From positions 32,964 through 96,963 of the IMG/VR virus record IMGVR_UViG_3300021400_000020: a DNA stretch of 64,000 bases; one strand, given 5' to 3'. The stretch's first letter is position 1. Each line of letters starts with the position of its first letter. Positions 27,151 through 35,976 of this stretch are shown here, in pieces. The notes beneath the pieces were generated by a model that saw nothing but the letters and a program-made list of their open reading frames with translations, searched no databases and was not told the DNA's origin. The position numbers and the translations under genes are program-made. The stretch is from a virus.

Positions 27151-27792
27151 ATGAATAACGAAAAAGCCCTGCTCTACCTCTTTGTCTCAGCCGACGAACA
27201 CCGACCTTCCATCACGGCACCATTCCTTCAGCATGGCAAGGTATGTGCCACAGACGGACGTAATCTCATCCGCATCAATGCAGCACTATGCGAAAATACA
27301 TATCCCGAAACCGTCAACGACCGCACACCTCCTAATACGGAAACAGTGATTCCTGCACCCACACGCAACGAAAAACTGACACAGAAAATGCTATCGGACG
27401 CATTTGCAAAAGCACCGGAAAAAGAAAAAGACCGTACCTGCCCTGAATGCGGAGGGAACGGAGAGGTATATTGGCATTACCACGATAGGGACGGTAAACA
27501 TTATACTCATTGGTACGGTTGTCCCGTGTGCGAAGGAACAGGAGACATTTCCGGCTACAAACCAATCACATGTCAGTTCACTATCAACGGCTGTTATCTG
27601 GCTTACGGACACATCAAACTCCTGTCAAACGTTATGAAATACCTTGAAGTGGACACACTGATACTTCGACACGCGGAAATGCTCGAACACAGAGTCACAC
27701 CCATGCTATTGGGCGTTGAAGACAAAGACATTGAAATAGTCATAATGCCCCTATGCCCTGGTGAAGACATCGAAGAAATCACCATTCTCTAA
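27151..27792 (+). CDS. hypothetical protein with a DnaJ-type zinc-finger motif (213 aa)
   Basis: CPECGGNGEVYW...CPVCEGTG (CxxCxGxG twice). ATG at 27151 after the hairpin. Confidence 0.55.
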   Translation: MNNEKALLYLFVSADEHRPSITAPFLQHGKVCATDGRNLIRINAALCENTYPETVNDRTPPNTETVIPAPTRNEKLTQKMLSDAFAKAPEKEKDRTCPECGGNGEVYWHYHDRDGKHYTHWYGCPVCEGTGDISGYKPITCQFTINGCYLAYGHIKLLSNVMKYLEVDTLILRHAEMLEHRVTPMLLGVEDKDIEIVIMPLCPGEDIEEITIL

Positions 27793-27796
27793 CCCA

Positions 27797-27901
27797 CCAC
27801 CGTTCCTGAAAGTTCTGCTTTCAGTCTTTCGTTTCTCCGTACCTCTCGGCTCAGCCGAGAGCCTTCTCACCAACCCCATTAACCCCATCCCCCCCCCCAT
27901 C
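27797..27901 (+). repeat. composite cassette copy 3, ending in a C10 tract
   Basis: CCACCGTTCCTGAAAGTTCTGCTTTCAG (27806-27824), TTTCTCCGTAC+CTCTCGGCTCAGCCGAGAG (27843-27861), AACCCCATTAACCCCAT, then C x10 (27889-27898), then ATCATG. Confidence 0.85.
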
Positions 27902-28324
27902 ATGGAAATAGCAATCATCATCGCATTCGCTGTCGTCTTACTCCAAGCCATCGTTATCTTCGGACTTGGAAAGCGATACACCCAAGCAATCAAGCAAATC
28001 AAAGAGATGGAACTTGACCTTCAAGACCATATCACTGGCAGCGACAAGGACGCACGAACCATCACCGCCCTCAGACGTACCATCAATGAAATAAAGACAT
28101 TCCCTAACGATTATCCTCCTATGGAGTGGACTCAAAAGGACGAATCTATATGTAATTCCATCCTCTCCGATTTGGATCAAGAACTTAAACAGGCAATAAT
28201 AAAAGGGTACGACGCTGTTTGTAAAGAGAAATTGGACTGGCTTCAGTCCATCAGAGAAAGGATTAGACTCCAAATGAATCTCTACACAGACATAAAGAAT
28301 TCCCAAACCTCCAATCATCCGTAG
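27902..28324 (+). CDS. membrane-anchored hypothetical protein (140 aa)
   Basis: MEIAIIIAFAVVLLQAIVIFGLG gives an N-terminal TM helix. The ATG is 3 nt after the C10 tract. Confidence 0.55.
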   Translation: MEIAIIIAFAVVLLQAIVIFGLGKRYTQAIKQIKEMELDLQDHITGSDKDARTITALRRTINEIKTFPNDYPPMEWTQKDESICNSILSDLDQELKQAIIKGYDAVCKEKLDWLQSIRERIRLQMNLYTDIKNSQTSNHP

Positions 28325-28342
28325 AAAAAACTCAATAGAACC

Positions 28343-28912
28343 ATGAAGAAAGCTTATTTCAGCAAGAGGTACGGACTTCGGCAAGCCGTTTTGAAAAGAC
28401 GAAAGACCAAGACTCGGCGCATCATCAAAGGCGACTTCGAGAACGTGACCGCGTACCATGCAAATGGAGTTTGGCACTTTATCGCAGACACAAAGGATGG
28501 CGACTCAATCGAATTGAAACCAGCCTTTCAAATTGGCGAAGTGGTTGCCGTGGCGCAAAGCTATGCGAGTGCTATCAATCCTCTTGATTGGGCAAATAGA
28601 TTGATATACAAAGACACACCTGGCTGGAACAATGCTTTATACACCCGTCCCGACCTCATGCCCCATTGCATCCGCATCACCGACATCAAATGTGAGCGCT
28701 TGCAGGACATCAGCGACGAGGATTGCATCAAGGAAGGATTGCTTGTAGGCGAAACAGACCCAAAGATGTATGGTTTCAAGGTTGGGAAGCACGTTAATAG
28801 TTATATGTCTCCTCGCGAAGCCTACGCTGTCCTCATCGACCGCATCTGTGGCAAAGGCACATGGAACCGCAACCCTTGGGTATTCGCTTACGGTTTTGAA
28901 CTCATAGAATAA
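28343..28912 (+). CDS. possible ASCH-domain-like protein (189 aa)
   Basis: RRKTKTRRII ... IRITDIKCERLQDISDEDCIKEG resembles the ASCH-family pattern (GxKTxTRR ... V.VERLQDISEEDA..EG). Recognised by eye. Confidence 0.45.
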   Translation: MKKAYFSKRYGLRQAVLKRRKTKTRRIIKGDFENVTAYHANGVWHFIADTKDGDSIELKPAFQIGEVVAVAQSYASAINPLDWANRLIYKDTPGWNNALYTRPDLMPHCIRITDIKCERLQDISDEDCIKEGLLVGETDPKMYGFKVGKHVNSYMSPREAYAVLIDRICGKGTWNRNPWVFAYGFELIE

Positions 28913-28914
28913 TT

Positions 28915-28941
28915 CACCCCATTATCCCCGTCAACCCAATG
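28915..28941 (+). repeat. degenerate CCCCAT array running into the ATG at 28939
   Basis: CACCCCATTATCCCCGTCAACCCAATG. Confidence 0.65.
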
Positions 28942-29361
28942 GAAAGAAGACTACTCCCTGTCTATTACGGATGGGCAAAACTTAACAAGATAGCCAAGCG
29001 TGAGGCTTTGACGGTCGTCTTTCTTAATGACTTCACATCGCCACGCACCAACAAGGACGGCTACGATGGTGTGACACGATACATCGACGTGTGCGCCATG
29101 AGATACCAGACGGATGCAGAACGGGAGGATGCAAAGCTCTGCAACCGCATCTACACCGTCTATAGCATCTTCATGGATGACAAGCACATCCGTGGAAGTT
29201 TGGCAGCCGCCCTCCATGCCAACTTCATGGCTGACAAGAACAACGTCAGCGAGAAGGACAGAAAGGAAATCATGGAGAAGCTGAAGACTCACTACATAGC
29301 AACCCATCGAGGCTACAGAGAGCCAAGAGGCTACCAACTAAGTATTGAATTTGAAGATTAA
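28939..29361 (+). CDS. hypothetical protein (140 aa)
   Basis: ATG ORF after a CCCCAT-type leader. Confidence 0.55.
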   Translation: MERRLLPVYYGWAKLNKIAKREALTVVFLNDFTSPRTNKDGYDGVTRYIDVCAMRYQTDAEREDAKLCNRIYTVYSIFMDDKHIRGSLAAALHANFMADKNNVSEKDRKEIMEKLKTHYIATHRGYREPRGYQLSIEFED

Positions 29362-29373
29362 AAAGATTTGACT

Positions 29374-29958
29374 ATGAAACTATACGAAGGAACTGCCCCA
29401 TGCCCAGGATGCGGGCGAACGGGTGAAGAGGTGGCACGTAGTAGTAAAGATTCGCTGTGCCATGACTGCATGAACGCATTGGAAATAGGCAAAGCTATCG
29501 TCAAGGAAAGGAACCTTGACCGTAACAATTACATAATGGATGACCTCAGAATAGGACTATTAACGTGGTACACCATTCCTATTAGAAAAATTGAAAATGC
29601 TTTGACCGACTTACTCTCTACATTCTCTCAGTTCGACAGCAAGCATGTAGTAACGAAAGACGGTTTTGATGGGAGCATTCTGGCAGGAAGGCTTGAAGCA
29701 GCTACAGCAAGAGATAGGTTTGTTTTGCCTGATATAACTTTTGACGCTGCAAAACGGTTGTGTGAGTCTCTAAGAGAGGCTTGTTTGCAATTGAAGAATG
29801 ACCGTGATAATTACAAAAATGAGCTCGACAAAAAACTGAACGAGGAACGTAATCGCATCTATAATGATGGTGTAGCACACGGTCGTAACCTTCTGATGCA
29901 ATTAAATAGTGGCGAAATCGGTGTCAACGACTTCGAGAAGCCTGTCAAGAAATTCTGA
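29374..29958 (+). CDS. hypothetical protein with an N-terminal zinc-ribbon-like CxxC...CxxC (194 aa)
   Basis: CPGCGRTGEE...CHDC. The track start at 29368 is TTG; an ATG is at 29374. Confidence 0.5.
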   Translation: MKLYEGTAPCPGCGRTGEEVARSSKDSLCHDCMNALEIGKAIVKERNLDRNNYIMDDLRIGLLTWYTIPIRKIENALTDLLSTFSQFDSKHVVTKDGFDGSILAGRLEAATARDRFVLPDITFDAAKRLCESLREACLQLKNDRDNYKNELDKKLNEERNRIYNDGVAHGRNLLMQLNSGEIGVNDFEKPVKKF

Positions 29959-29993
29959 ATTGCAAACTAAACAATGATTAAACAGATGTAATC

Positions 29994-30206
29994 ATGAACA
30001 AACGAATAGCAAGAAAGGTGCTGAACAGAGACAGTTTTCATTGGCAATGGTACAGGAGAGGTCCACTCATATCTCTTGCACCCATCCACTCTGAGCTGTA
30101 CTTCAGAGCCTGCAAAAGACTCCACGAAAAGCCATACTACGACAGAACGTGGTTGGCAAAAATCCAAAGATGGAGAAAAGAATCAAAGGTAACCATCAGA
30201 CGTTAA
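29994..30206 (+). CDS. basic small protein (70 aa)
   Basis: ATG ORF in the AT-rich islet. Confidence 0.4.
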   Translation: MNKRIARKVLNRDSFHWQWYRRGPLISLAPIHSELYFRACKRLHEKPYYDRTWLAKIQRWRKESKVTIRR

Positions 30207-30260
30207 CCTCCTAAATTAAACAAAACAAAAACTTATTCAAGAACTGAAAGGAGGTAAAGA

Positions 30261-30521
30261 ATGAAAAAGATTATAATATTTGTACTTGCTGCCTTTATGA
30301 TGGTGGCATGCGACTATAGAACAGAAGCTGAAATAGAAGAGGCAAAGCGTTTAAAAGGTTGTAACATTATTGTTATTGATAGTTGTGAGTATCTTAAAAA
30401 TGATATGGCTAATGGTAATCAAGGATTCGGACATTTCGCCCACAAAGGCAACTGCCGTTTTTGCAAAGAACGCAGACAAAAAGAATTAGAATGGTTGATA
30501 ATCAAATTAAAAGAAAAATAA
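30261..30521 (+). CDS. lipoprotein (86 aa)
   Basis: MKKIIIFVLAAFMMVAC is a lipobox-type signal. The gene is preceded by AAAGGAGGTAAAGA-ATG, a canonical SD that is otherwise absent from this window. Confidence 0.6.
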   Translation: MKKIIIFVLAAFMMVACDYRTEAEIEEAKRLKGCNIIVIDSCEYLKNDMANGNQGFGHFAHKGNCRFCKERRQKELEWLIIKLKEK

Positions 30522-30524
30522 GTT

Positions 30525-30731
30525 ATGCACATCTTTCATAATCATTTTAAGTATAATGATAGTTGGATGTGGTGTGATTGGGTAAGACATCAGCCTTTAT
30601 TCGGAATGCCACACCTTCACATTGCATGCACAAGATTTGACATGTATTTCATTTTTGAAATTATATGGGGAAAACTTCATTGGTATTGGACTACTGGGAA
30701 TGTAAAATATAAAGCACGAAAAGAACACTAA
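30525..30731 (+). CDS. Trp/His-rich small protein (68 aa)
   Basis: ATG 4 nt after the upstream stop. Confidence 0.4.
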   Translation: MHIFHNHFKYNDSWMWCDWVRHQPLFGMPHLHIACTRFDMYFIFEIIWGKLHWYWTTGNVKYKARKEH

Positions 30732-30737
30732 TCAATC

Positions 30738-30893
30738 ATGAAACTAAAAGACGAAAACTCCCTTATTGATAAAATTGAATTTGCGGTTGCAGATTATTGC
30801 AGTGATTGTAATGATAACGACTTTAATATTATCTTGTCTGTATCAGCTTCAGATGGGTGGGTTAAAGTAAAAATAGAAAAAGAAAACAACTAA
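30738..30893 (+). CDS. small hypothetical protein (51 aa, MKLKDENSLIDK...)
   Basis: ATG at 30738 and TAA at 30891-30893. It is below the ORF-track cutoff and fills a gap. Confidence 0.35.
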   Translation: MKLKDENSLIDKIEFAVADYCSDCNDNDFNIILSVSASDGWVKVKIEKENN

Positions 30894-30994
30894 CGATTAT
30901 GAGAACAATAAAATTCAGAGGCAAAGATGTGACGATTATAAAACTATCAAAACATAATCTCATTTAATTATAGAAAAAACGAAAAAATGGAACT

Positions 30995-31456
30995 ATGAAC
31001 GAATTTCCAATGACTTACGATGATGCACTGGCCGTGATTACGGCTTGTTGCAATGGTGCCAGAAACAAGCATCTGAAAGGAGCATTGCAAGTAGCACAGC
31101 GTGCCCTCCGCACCGAGATTGGACGGGGCCGAAGGTTCGACACAGACCTGGAAAGTGCTGAGAGCGACTACGTGAGAGACATTGCCTACGGGCAAGGCTT
31201 GGAAGGTGAGAGTGCTGACGATTTCTTCGGAGATGTAAAGGCCGACGGCTACGACTTGATGGAGGCTTTCCATGATGGAGCAGAATGGCAGCACGACCAC
31301 AACGTCAGAAATGACAGATGGAAGGACTTCGACCATGTGAAGGGAATCCTGCGTTTGGTTCTGGAGAGCCACATGCACGGTGGTGAGTCTGACGAGGTGC
31401 TGGCAGAATTGGATCAGCAAGTACGCGATGCGTGGATAGTGAATACTACGAATTAA
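30995..31456 (+). CDS. acidic hypothetical protein (153 aa)
   Basis: ATG ORF. The antisense ORF 30968..31558 looks like a shadow. Confidence 0.5.
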   Translation: MNEFPMTYDDALAVITACCNGARNKHLKGALQVAQRALRTEIGRGRRFDTDLESAESDYVRDIAYGQGLEGESADDFFGDVKADGYDLMEAFHDGAEWQHDHNVRNDRWKDFDHVKGILRLVLESHMHGGESDEVLAELDQQVRDAWIVNTTN

Positions 31457-31525
31457 ACGAGTTTCACGGATGGCACGAAAATCCTTTCCGTAGGATATAA
31501 AAAAAACAAAGCATTGAATTTGATT

Positions 31526-31552
31526 AACCCCATTAAACCCATAAACCCCATG
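31526..31552 (+). repeat. CCCCAT-type array running into the ATG at 31550
   Basis: TAACCCCATTAAACCCATAAACCCCATG. Confidence 0.8.
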
Positions 31553-31975
31553 AGCCAACCCATAATCGACAGGAACCAGCGTCGATACGAAATCGCAAAG
31601 GAAATGCTGCCTACCATCATGCGAACAGCATCCGCAATATTAGCCTGTGGACACGAACTCGGACCCGAAGCAGAAGGAAAGACGCTTGCAGAATACTGTG
31701 CCGAATCCGCATGTGCGTATGCGGATGCACTTATCGCAGAACTAAAGAAGTCAACGGAAAACTTGACGCCAGTCGTAACGGACACCAAAGAAGTTGCCAT
31801 TGGACAGGTCATAGAATTCGATGGCGTAAAACTGATATGTGTAGAATTGCCAGAGGGAGTACATGAGTGTACGGGATGCGCATTCTATAACTCAGGCAGC
31901 TGCAGATACAAAGGTCCATGTAGTTTCACAACCCGCACCGATGGCAAGGAAGTGATATTCATTCACAAAACTTAG
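31550..31975 (+). CDS. hypothetical protein (141 aa), Cys cluster near the C-terminus
   Basis: The ATG is embedded in the last CCCCAT unit. The track start at 31514 would translate the repeat (NLINPIKPINP). Confidence 0.55.
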   Translation: MSQPIIDRNQRRYEIAKEMLPTIMRTASAILACGHELGPEAEGKTLAEYCAESACAYADALIAELKKSTENLTPVVTDTKEVAIGQVIEFDGVKLICVELPEGVHECTGCAFYNSGSCRYKGPCSFTTRTDGKEVIFIHKT

Positions 31976-31987
31976 AACTAATCAATC

Positions 31988-32470
31988 ATGAAACGAGCAG
32001 GAGAAAGCCAGTTGCAGCGCATCATCCGCAAGACTGGACGCAAACCGATTCAATGCAAGTGCAAGCAATGCCAGCAGCAGTGCCACACACCGTGCCTGGC
32101 AACCCCACAGGACATCCTGAAACTGATTAAGGCTGGCTATGCCGACCGTTTGGCATGGACTGACTGGTATGCTGGAATGCTCATCGGAGTCACCGACCAC
32201 ATCATCGGAATGGTACAAGCAACAACCGTAGGAGATTGGTGTACCTTCTTCCATGACGGACTCTGTGAGCTGCACGACAAGGGACTGAAGCCAACAGAAG
32301 GACGCTTGTCGCATCATTCCATGAAGATAGACAACTGGACACCGAAAAAGTCCATCTCTTGGAATGTGGCGAAGGAATGGGAAGACGCTGACAACACTCC
32401 CGTACTGGAAGAAATCATCAAAGAATTAAAAAAAACAAAGCACCATGATGAAAAAGAAAACCGACACTAA
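31988..32470 (+). CDS. Cys-cluster protein, possibly YkgJ/UPF0153-like (160 aa)
   Basis: CKCKQCQQQCHTPC ... WCTFFHDGLCELHDKGLKPTEGR resembles the CxxCxxCC ... CxF...G.C.I...RP pattern. Confidence 0.4.
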   Translation: MKRAGESQLQRIIRKTGRKPIQCKCKQCQQQCHTPCLATPQDILKLIKAGYADRLAWTDWYAGMLIGVTDHIIGMVQATTVGDWCTFFHDGLCELHDKGLKPTEGRLSHHSMKIDNWTPKKSISWNVAKEWEDADNTPVLEEIIKELKKTKHHDEKENRH

Positions 32471-32879
32471 GAACGACAAACTGTTTGTGACCGACGTGGT
32501 GTCCCTCTTCAAGCAGCTCAAGCACCAAGAAGAGTATAACATCATCTCTAACATCCGAGAGAAGTTCCAGCACCTGATACTGGTGGATGGTATCAACGGA
32601 GTCAAAGAAGAGTGCCAGAAAGTCATCGACGAAGTAACCAACGGACAGCCCATCAAGGGTCACATCAGTTATTTCGCTGAGTATTCCGAAGAGAACTGCC
32701 AGAATATCGAGATAGTCAGATACGCACACGGAGGTGGTCAGAATATTGCCAAGCGTACCAACGGAGGTGTGGTGATAGCAACACTTGTCATCGTCAAAAT
32801 CAAAGGCGAGTATTCACGCATCATGGGATTCACTTGGTATCATCCAGAACAATTCGACCCCTTCGCCCATCTAATCTAA
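32445..32879 (+). CDS. hypothetical protein (144 aa)
   Basis: ATG ORF overlapping the upstream gene by 26 nt. Confidence 0.5.
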   Translation: MMKKKTDTKNDKLFVTDVVSLFKQLKHQEEYNIISNIREKFQHLILVDGINGVKEECQKVIDEVTNGQPIKGHISYFAEYSEENCQNIEIVRYAHGGGQNIAKRTNGGVVIATLVIVKIKGEYSRIMGFTWYHPEQFDPFAHLI

Positions 32880-32892
32880 TCCAAGAACTCCG

Positions 32893-33114
32893 ATGATATA
32901 TATCTATAGAACTCTTTGGGCGATATTCTATATCCCCATCTTCCTGATGGAATGCGTGGCATTCGTAATAGGCTGTCTTTCTTACCCATTTATTGCTTTT
33001 GTTTACTATGTCAAGCATGGCTCAACCATAGGTCTGAAATGGGCAGGTGACACAATAGCATTTTGGATCGAGAAAAAATATCAGAACCTAAGAACATACA
33101 TCGAAACATTATGA
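32893..33114 (+). CDS. small membrane protein (73 aa)
   Basis: Two hydrophobic segments (WAIFYIPIFLMECVAFVIGCLSYPFIAFVYYV). Confidence 0.5.
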   Translation: MIYIYRTLWAIFYIPIFLMECVAFVIGCLSYPFIAFVYYVKHGSTIGLKWAGDTIAFWIEKKYQNLRTYIETL

Positions 33115-33998
33115 AAATCCTATCAAAAACCAAAGGCAATGCAGAAGAGTACGGACGATGGAGCGTAAACCCCTACATCGGCTGCTCAAACGGTTGCACA
33201 TATTGCTACTTGAAGTCGGGACCATCAGGCAAATACCTCGGACAGAACAAACCCGTACTGAAGAAGGGAATCATTGATGACGAACATGCCTTCTATCTCG
33301 CTATGGCGGAAATCCTCGAAAACCGCAAACAAATCCATAAGGATGGTGGTGTGTTTATGAGTTTTGTGACTGACCCTATGCTTGAAGAATGTCAGCGTTT
33401 GTCCTATCGCATAGCAGCAGAATGTGTGAAATATGAAATACCTGTCACATTCCTAACGAAACGCCTTGCCTATTATCTTGACTCAGCAATCGAAGAATAT
33501 CAAAACCTCTGGAAACTCGATAATACGCTTGTCGCTTATGGCTTCACGTTGACAGGACACGACGAGCTGGAACCCAATGCACACGACAATCGCGCAAGGA
33601 TAGCTACGATGCGTGCATTGCGCCGTGCTACATACTTTCACGTTTGGGCGTCAATAGAACCCATCATCGACTTCCCATCCTCCTTCCGTATGATCCAGCA
33701 AGCACTCGATGCAGGGTGTGAGCATTTCAAAATTGGTTTGATGACCAAGAACACAAAAGTATGTCGTGACAAGTACGACGTATCAGAATGCCTTTCCTTT
33801 ATTCAGGACGTGATGGTAGCGACAAAAGACAAAGCAACGGTCTATTGGAAGCAATCAGTCCGTGACTTCATCGGAGGTACACCAACCCATCGCCGTTTCT
33901 CCGACAAAGAACTACACAAAATTCTCGACGACTACCCTCACGCCGTCAGCAAGAACTGGAGCATCTTCACACAAAGTAACCTCCATACAGAGGATTGA
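33111..33998 (+). CDS. radical SAM protein, SplB / DNA-repair-photolyase-like (295 aa)
   Basis: WSVNPYIGCSNGCTYCY contains the CxxxCxxC cluster in the context typical of COG1533-type proteins. The ATG at 33111 overlaps the upstream stop (ATGA). Confidence 0.65.
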   Translation: MKILSKTKGNAEEYGRWSVNPYIGCSNGCTYCYLKSGPSGKYLGQNKPVLKKGIIDDEHAFYLAMAEILENRKQIHKDGGVFMSFVTDPMLEECQRLSYRIAAECVKYEIPVTFLTKRLAYYLDSAIEEYQNLWKLDNTLVAYGFTLTGHDELEPNAHDNRARIATMRALRRATYFHVWASIEPIIDFPSSFRMIQQALDAGCEHFKIGLMTKNTKVCRDKYDVSECLSFIQDVMVATKDKATVYWKQSVRDFIGGTPTHRRFSDKELHKILDDYPHAVSKNWSIFTQSNLHTED

Positions 33999-34114
33999 AA
34001 AAGAAATAATTTTATAAAGAGCCATACGGGGGCTGTGCGTGACAGTCCGCTAACAGTATAATCTGCCAGACACAGGTGCAACTCCTGTAGCCCTCGTTTA
34101 ATATCAAAAAAACT

Positions 34115-34405
34115 ATGAACGAAAAGATTTATGCAGTACCTAACCCAATGTGGTTATCGGACACTTTTGTGTTTCGCAAGCATGAAGACAAGAAACTTGG
34201 TACAGTTTACATAAAGCTGAACCACGAAAACAAAATAGAGGAAGTCGGCATTAATATTGAAGATAGGATGCACAACACACCTCTGGAAAGTATTCTGACA
34301 GAGAAGAGTTGTCAAGAGGCTAACGAACTTCAGAAAACAATCCTCAATAGTATCGGTGATGAGTATTGGTATGGAGTTCTGAATCGTAAAAGGAGATTCT
34401 CTTGA
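34115..34405 (+). CDS. hypothetical protein (96 aa)
   Basis: ATG ORF. Confidence 0.45.
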   Translation: MNEKIYAVPNPMWLSDTFVFRKHEDKKLGTVYIKLNHENKIEEVGINIEDRMHNTPLESILTEKSCQEANELQKTILNSIGDEYWYGVLNRKRRFS

Positions 34406-34453
34406 TAAAGATAACATCAAACATCCGAACAATCAACCAACGAATAGAGGACT

Positions 34454-34882
34454 ATGACAGAGAAAGAACGAAAGGCAAGAATAATGAATGGAGCCAGTAA
34501 TTATATGACTGGAAGGGCGATGGCACTCTCCTTTAAACCGCTTTCATTACAAGATGTGAAGGATGCTTATATAAGCGGAGCTTACGACATGGAACAACTG
34601 ATCGACTCATCGATGTGGTGGAAGATTGCAGACGACGAACTACCCAAGATAAACAGAGAAGTGATAGTTCTTACGTCTGACGGGACATTAGCATACGCTC
34701 ATCGTCCACAAGAATCATTTAAGGGGAGGACTATTGCTTCAGGCATAGATGAAATAATCACCCCTACACGATACGGAAGAGGACAATGGAATATCCCCAA
34801 CGTCCTATTCTGGCTCGACATCGAAATTCCTGACATCAAAGACTACTTGGAGAGAACAAAACAATCCTTCCAAATCCTTTAA
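34454..34882 (+). CDS. hypothetical protein (142 aa)
   Basis: ATG ORF. The last codons (SFQIL*) are encoded by the AAATCC leader repeat. Confidence 0.5.
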   Translation: MTEKERKARIMNGASNYMTGRAMALSFKPLSLQDVKDAYISGAYDMEQLIDSSMWWKIADDELPKINREVIVLTSDGTLAYAHRPQESFKGRTIASGIDEIITPTRYGRGQWNIPNVLFWLDIEIPDIKDYLERTKQSFQIL

Positions 34883-34920
34883 ATCCCTGATAAAATTAAA
34901 TCCCAGATTAAGACAATAGC
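34866..34920 (+). repeat. ~55-bp AAATCC leader repeat, copy 1 (ATA in place of ATG)
   Basis: CCTTCCAAATCCTTTAAATCCCTGATAAAATTAAATCCCAGATTAAGACAATAGC. Confidence 0.85.
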
Positions 34921-35030
34921 AGCATTGGAACAGTGCGCAACTTCTGCGAAGCTAACCATACAGACACGCTCATTATAACAGGCGAAGGAGACAAGGTGCT
35001 TTTCGAAGCAATACTAAAAGACAAGGAATC

Positions 35031-35273
35031 ATGACTAAAAGACAAAGAAATAATTTGAACAGATTGCGAGAATTGGTTGCTGATTTTCAGCCATACATTC
35101 CTTATGTGCATGATAGCACTGTTATAGAGATATTCAATTATATTGGGACTGTGCTGTATGGCGTTCTTGTAGATTGTCCTGAAAATGAAGAGTTAGAGTA
35201 TAATCTTGAACAAATAGAAAAATCTCTACAAGAGTTTGAGAAATTATTAAAACATGAAAAAAGCATTGGATAA
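35031..35273 (+). CDS. hypothetical protein (80 aa)
   Basis: ATG ORF. Confidence 0.45.
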   Translation: MTKRQRNNLNRLRELVADFQPYIPYVHDSTVIEIFNYIGTVLYGVLVDCPENEELEYNLEQIEKSLQEFEKLLKHEKSIG

Positions 35274-35361
35274 ATGGTATGAGTGTTTTCGACTCTGTTT
35301 TAAAAAGTGATAAGGGCTTTGAGTGGAAATTAAACAATTTAAACTATAGATAGAACGTGTT

Positions 35362-35940
35362 ATGGATTTAATAAAATGTAAATGTATAAGAACTGCAAGG
35401 GTAAATGGATTAACATTTGTTCCTGATGAAGTTTACTACCTCGAAGAGCAGGTATTTACTAAGGAATATAAACCTGCCATACATCCTCAGCCTGCTCGTG
35501 GTTATCTCATCCGCTACAAACGCTATAAGGTCGCATTACCAACAGAGGAACCACTGTTAGAAGACGATGATGATTTGTACCGTATGGTAAATGTACGAAT
35601 AGCATATTTCTACGACCGCTCTTACTGCGAGCACCACGATTGGAAAGATGAACGAGGATGTGATACAGAATGCTTTGAGGACCATTTCGTTACCATTAGG
35701 CCCACTCAAGATAGCGTTGTGCCTAAGTTTAAGAGCAAACTCTATACAAAACCATTGACAAGAAAGTTAAATAACATTCCTATGGAATTTGTAAAAGAGG
35801 ACATCACAGGTTATATGAGACGAAACTGGCAGGAGCAGATGTATGCAAAGTTCGGCGGCATGAGTCCTGAAGACTGGGATTTCGATACCTTCATGCAAAG
35901 AATTGGTGAATACACGATGAATACGAAACAAAATAAATAA
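35362..35940 (+). CDS. hypothetical protein (192 aa)
   Basis: ATG ORF. Confidence 0.55.
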   Translation: MDLIKCKCIRTARVNGLTFVPDEVYYLEEQVFTKEYKPAIHPQPARGYLIRYKRYKVALPTEEPLLEDDDDLYRMVNVRIAYFYDRSYCEHHDWKDERGCDTECFEDHFVTIRPTQDSVVPKFKSKLYTKPLTRKLNNIPMEFVKEDITGYMRRNWQEQMYAKFGGMSPEDWDFDTFMQRIGEYTMNTKQNK

Positions 35941-35976
35941 CCTCTACGGAGGAAAGGAGTTGTTTTTAGTGAGGAA

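Noticed and set aside
34030-34105. tRNA-like segment (CGGGGGCT ... ACAGG-TGCAACT-CCTGT-AGCCCTCG), considered as a tRNA gene or an attP-type tRNA fragment.
   Set aside because: An acceptor-like helix and a T-arm-like hairpin can be drawn. However, the T-loop lacks the TTC consensus, no proper D arm or anticodon arm (5-bp stem, 7-nt loop) can be formed, and the total length is ~70 nt. This needs tRNAscan-SE to settle and is not reported as a feature.
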